NCBI GenBank assembly: GCA_002354055.1
Contig: DEKW01000006.1
Location: forward strand, 1,864-65,863
From: Bacteroidales bacterium UBA2712
Lineage (GTDB): Bacteria; Bacteroidota; Bacteroidia; Bacteroidales; Paludibacteraceae
Reading direction: 5' to 3'
Length of the DNA stretch: 64,000 nucleotides
A program made the position numbers and the translations under genes. Under the pieces are notes generated by a model, which worked only from the letters and a program-made list of their open reading frames with translations, had not been told where the DNA came from and ran no database searches. Below are positions 61,337 through 64,000 of this stretch, one piece after another (position 1 is the first letter of the stretch; every line of letters starts with the position of its first letter).

Positions 61337-62982
61337 TTGACGCGCCTGCCGGTAATATCGAAGGTCTTATTGTCGCGAAGGATGAGCAATCGTCCTTCGC
61401 GAATTATTTTACGCGCTGCCGGTTTGGAAACTACCGGGCTAATACTCTCCGTCGGACTATTGCCCTCAATCTGGAAGCATACCTGACTGATACGCGTGCC
61501 TGTACCGGCAGTACGTTGGATAGTGAAGGACTTGGCTCCTTCCGGTGCAGTCAACCGTACCATTTCTTTGGCCGCGCTGGAGATAGTATAGGTGGTGTTA
61601 GCGTTTCCGTTCCAGTGGTAGGCGATGGTGTTCTTGTTTTCTGCCCAATTCGGGATAGTGACATCGAACTCTACCGCTTCTATAGACGCAGCATAAGCAG
61701 AGAAATCAAAGATGATATAATCCGCATTCTTACCCATGTTGAAGTAGCCGGCCTCCCAGGTACTGCCGGTGTTATTGACCGTGATGGCCAATTGGGCAAA
61801 GTCCGTGGGGATTCCTCCGTTCTCCACACTCGGTTCTGCGCCTTTCGCTAAGCTGACACAGCAGTCTCCATCAACGATGATAGGGTCGCCTCCTTCGCCT
61901 CCGCCTTCACCGCCGCCTTCGCCGCCACCTTCTCCACCGCCGCCTTCACCGCTATCGCAGGAAGAGGACACTTCGGCGCTGCTCGTGACGCTCAGCGTGG
62001 CACCTGCGCCACAGGTGCTGTTAACCACATAATTCTTTGCCGTTGCCGCACTTAATGCGTCATACGTGTATGTTGGAGCCGACACACTTCCGCTGTTGCT
62101 CGGTAAATTACCCGCGCAGTTGACGAACTTGCAGGAGTTGGTAGAGCCGCCATAGACACTCCAAATCTTGGACGCTTTATTTGCTTTGCCGGCAAACGTA
62201 CAGCCTTCAAAATAGCATTTTGCATTCTCCGGACCAACGTAATAGTCGGCTACGGAGCTGTTCCAATAGCAATTCAAAAAATGCAACTCGCAGTTGCGGC
62301 ATCTCGTCATACGCTGTTTGCAGCCCTCGTCCCACCAGCAATAGCCGTAGGTGATATTATATGTGCCATCAGCCGGTTTGTCGCTACTGCCGGAGCCCAC
62401 AAGGTTGGAGAAACGATGGTCGTCAGAACCTCCGGATCCGCCGGCTTTGGGAGTTTTCAGATAGCGGAAACGACACCAGGTGACAGAGATATTATCGGAT
62501 TTGCCTTTAATATCGAAATTACCATCCATGCCATCTTGGAAATCGCAGTGATCTACCCACACGTTCTTCGCACCATCCAAGGTCAGCAAATCCTTGCCGT
62601 CGCAGTCATACGCGCCCGGACCTTCAAAGGTAATATTGCGCAGAATAATATTCGAGCCTTTGAGGTACAAAATACCCGATTTGTCTTGCGTCTGGCTATT
62701 GGAGATCAAGCGTTTGCCGGGCAATGCCATAATGGTCAGATTCCATTTGTCAGTACTGATCTGATCATCAATGGTGATGTTTTGCGTGATAATAATCACT
62801 TTGTTACTGCTCTTAAGGGCATTCTTGAAATCAGAAGCAGAGCTAACCAAAGTAGGTGTGACATTTCCGCCACCGGTCACATTCGTACCGGCGTAGCCCC
62901 ATGACGAACTTGCGCAATAATTGACTGCGCTTACGGATGAAATCATCCCAAACAGACTAAAAACAAGTAATACCTTTTTCAT
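61333..62982 (-). CDS. Secreted pectate-lyase-like right-handed beta-helix protein, then a (GGGE)n linker, a C-terminal beta-sandwich-like domain and the shared C-terminal motif
   Basis: Signal peptide. ...NVWVDHCDFQDGMDGNFDIKG.SDNISVTWCRF... resembles the PL1 vWiDH motif. SGEGGGGEGGGEGGGEGGGEGG linker. C-terminus RKIIREGRLLILRDNKTFDITGRRVN. Confidence 0.65.
   Translation of the reverse strand: MKKVLLVFSLFGMISSVSAVNYCASSSWGYAGTNVTGGGNVTPTLVSSASDFKNALKSSNKVIIITQNITIDDQISTDKWNLTIMALPGKRLISNSQTQDKSGILYLKGSNIILRNITFEGPGAYDCDGKDLLTLDGAKNVWVDHCDFQDGMDGNFDIKGKSDNISVTWCRFRYLKTPKAGGSGGSDDHRFSNLVGSGSSDKPADGTYNITYGYCWWDEGCKQRMTRCRNCELHFLNCYWNSSVADYYVGPENAKCYFEGCTFAGKANKASKIWSVYGGSTNSCKFVNCAGNLPSNSGSVSAPTYTYDALSAATAKNYVVNSTCGAGATLSVTSSAEVSSSCDSGEGGGGEGGGEGGGEGGGEGGDPIIVDGDCCVSLAKGAEPSVENGGIPTDFAQLAITVNNTGSTWEAGYFNMGKNADYIIFDFSAYAASIEAVEFDVTIPNWAENKNTIAYHWNGNANTTYTISSAAKEMVRLTAPEGAKSFTIQRTAGTGTRISQVCFQIEGNSPTESISPVVSKPAARKIIREGRLLILRDNKTFDITGRRVN
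61336..61413 (-). other. Coding segment for the shared C-terminal motif (RKIIREGRLLILRDNKTFDITGRRVN)
   Basis: Direct alignment by eye. Confidence 0.85.
61886..61950. repeat. 12-nt-period in-frame repeat encoding a (GGGE)n linker
   Basis: GCCTCCGCCTTCACCGCCGCCTTCGCCGCCACCTTCTCCACCGCCGCCTTCACC, read directly. Confidence 0.85.
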
Positions 62983-63001
62983 ATTTGAGTCAATTGTGTT
63001 C

Positions 63002-63415
63002 TTATTTATACATCGCCAAAGCGTGTTCTTCTTTGGCGGTCATCTGTACCTTTGTCTCCGGTGTTTTGTCTCCTTGACCGGTCAGATGTAGCACGCCGTG
63101 GATAATAATTCGCCGCAACTCATCCCCAAACGCCGCACCGACCATCTCTGCATTCGAACGGACGGTATCAAGGGAAATAAAAATATCGCCGTTCAAGGTC
63201 TTTCCTGCCGTATAGTCAAAGGTGATGACATCCGTGTAGTAGTCGTGCCCGAGGAATTGGCGATTGACCTCTAACTCCCGCTCATCGGAGCAGAAGATAT
63301 AGTTGATGTTGCCCACACTAAAACCATAATACGCTGCTACCGCCCGAATCCATCGGCTCACCTTGTGCTCATCGAGCGCAGGCATGGCTATACTATCTGT
63401 CGTAAACACTATCAT
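63002..63415 (-). CDS. ybeY: rRNA maturation endoribonuclease YbeY
   Basis: ...IIHGVLHLTGQGDKTPE... metal-binding motif. I chose the ATG at 63415; the longer TTG-initiated ORF overlaps the upstream gene. Confidence 0.85.
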   Translation of the reverse strand: MIVFTTDSIAMPALDEHKVSRWIRAVAAYYGFSVGNINYIFCSDERELEVNRQFLGHDYYTDVITFDYTAGKTLNGDIFISLDTVRSNAEMVGAAFGDELRRIIIHGVLHLTGQGDKTPETKVQMTAKEEHALAMYK

Positions 63416-63416
63416 A

Positions 63417-64000
63417 CTATCCAAAGAATATCGGGGCGATGGCAAAAGCCGCAATAGCTCCTGCTAAGTCTGCTAACAAACAACATGCCACGGCGTGACG
63501 CGTATCCTTGATGTTCACGGAGCCGAAATAGACGGCCAGTACATAGAACGTCGTATCCGTCGTGCCTTGCAGTATGCAACATAGGCGTCCTACGAGACTG
63601 TCTGCGCCATGAGTGGTCATCGCTTCGAGCATCAGTCCGCGTGCTCCGCTGCCGGAGAGGGGTTTCATTAATGCCGTAGGCACGGCACCCGCCAAGTCGG
63701 GATTGATGCCACATGCCGCAAAGCACCATGCGATACCTCGCTCCAACAAATCCATCGCGCCACAAGCACGAAACATACCGACCGCAACCAAAATGGCAAT
63801 GAGGTACGGAATAATGCCGATAGCCGTTTGGAAACCGCCTTTTGCTCCGTCAATAAAGGCATCATAGACGTTAATCTTCTTGCACATGGCTTGAATGACA
63901 AACCAGCATATGACACCTAACAGCAGGATCGCTGCGATAGCTGCGGAAACGACAGAGAGCGCGTGCGGAGAGAGTAGGGTGGCTGCCCAAACTAAGAGTC
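63417..64000 (-). CDS. Nucleoside-recognition (SpmA/SpmB-like) membrane protein; 5' end outside the window
   Basis: Hydrophobic gate-domain-like sequence. The frame stays open upstream of the first Met through nt 64000 (...LLVWAATLLSPHALSVVSAAIAAILLLGVICWFVIQAMCKK...). Confidence 0.65.
   Translation of the reverse strand, partial: LLVWAATLLSPHALSVVSAAIAAILLLGVICWFVIQAMCKKINVYDAFIDGAKGGFQTAIGIIPYLIAILVAVGMFRACGAMDLLERGIAWCFAACGINPDLAGAVPTALMKPLSGSGARGLMLEAMTTHGADSLVGRLCCILQGTTDTTFYVLAVYFGSVNIKDTRHAVACCLLADLAGAIAAFAIAPIFFG

Overview
This window looks like a chromosomal segment of a Bacteroidota (Bacteroidales-type) genome. The call rests on repeated TTTG(-33)/TAnnTTTG(-7) promoters, no obvious Shine-Dalgarno use, a PorQ-like T9SS gene and a frdCAB-type fumarate reductase operon. 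The GC-rich backbone carries housekeeping genes: dnaJ (partial), pnp, rplS, uvrB, malQ, ispH, cmk, ybeY, sdh/frdCAB, xth, lptB, mlaEF and tamB. It also carries a roughly 12 kb co-directional envelope/LPS gene array on the minus strand (18053 down to 5827).

Two regions are visibly more AT-rich by eye.
1. A single gene at 20537-21946 encodes a TIR / zinc-ribbon / FGE-SUMF1 fusion. I treat it as a candidate NADase-type conflict or defence effector.
2. A roughly 18 kb region at about 29.2-47.5 kb contains an AAA+/DUF4143-type ATPase, a very repeat-dense non-coding stretch, a small wHTH gene and a four-gene surface-protein locus. That locus encodes proteins of 662 aa, about 3473 aa, 128 aa and 862 aa, with Listeria-Bacteroides (InlB B-type) repeats and Big_2 domains.

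Three cross-cutting observations stand out.
- Many short tandem arrays with 7-nt period (some 8-11 nt), usually 5-8 copies, sit in frame inside coding regions, including ispH, cmk and several signal peptides.
- Five otherwise unrelated secreted proteins share a roughly 25-aa C-terminal motif, (R/K)K-I-[LI]-R-[DE]-G-x-h-h-I-L-R-x-G-x-x-Y-x-h-x-G. It does not look like the canonical roughly 80-aa T9SS C-terminal domain.
- A nearly identical promoter cassette recurs, including one orphan copy at the left edge of the AT-rich region.

I found no rRNA, tRNA, CRISPR array, integrase or transposase. All family assignments come from motif recognition by eye and need profile searches to confirm.
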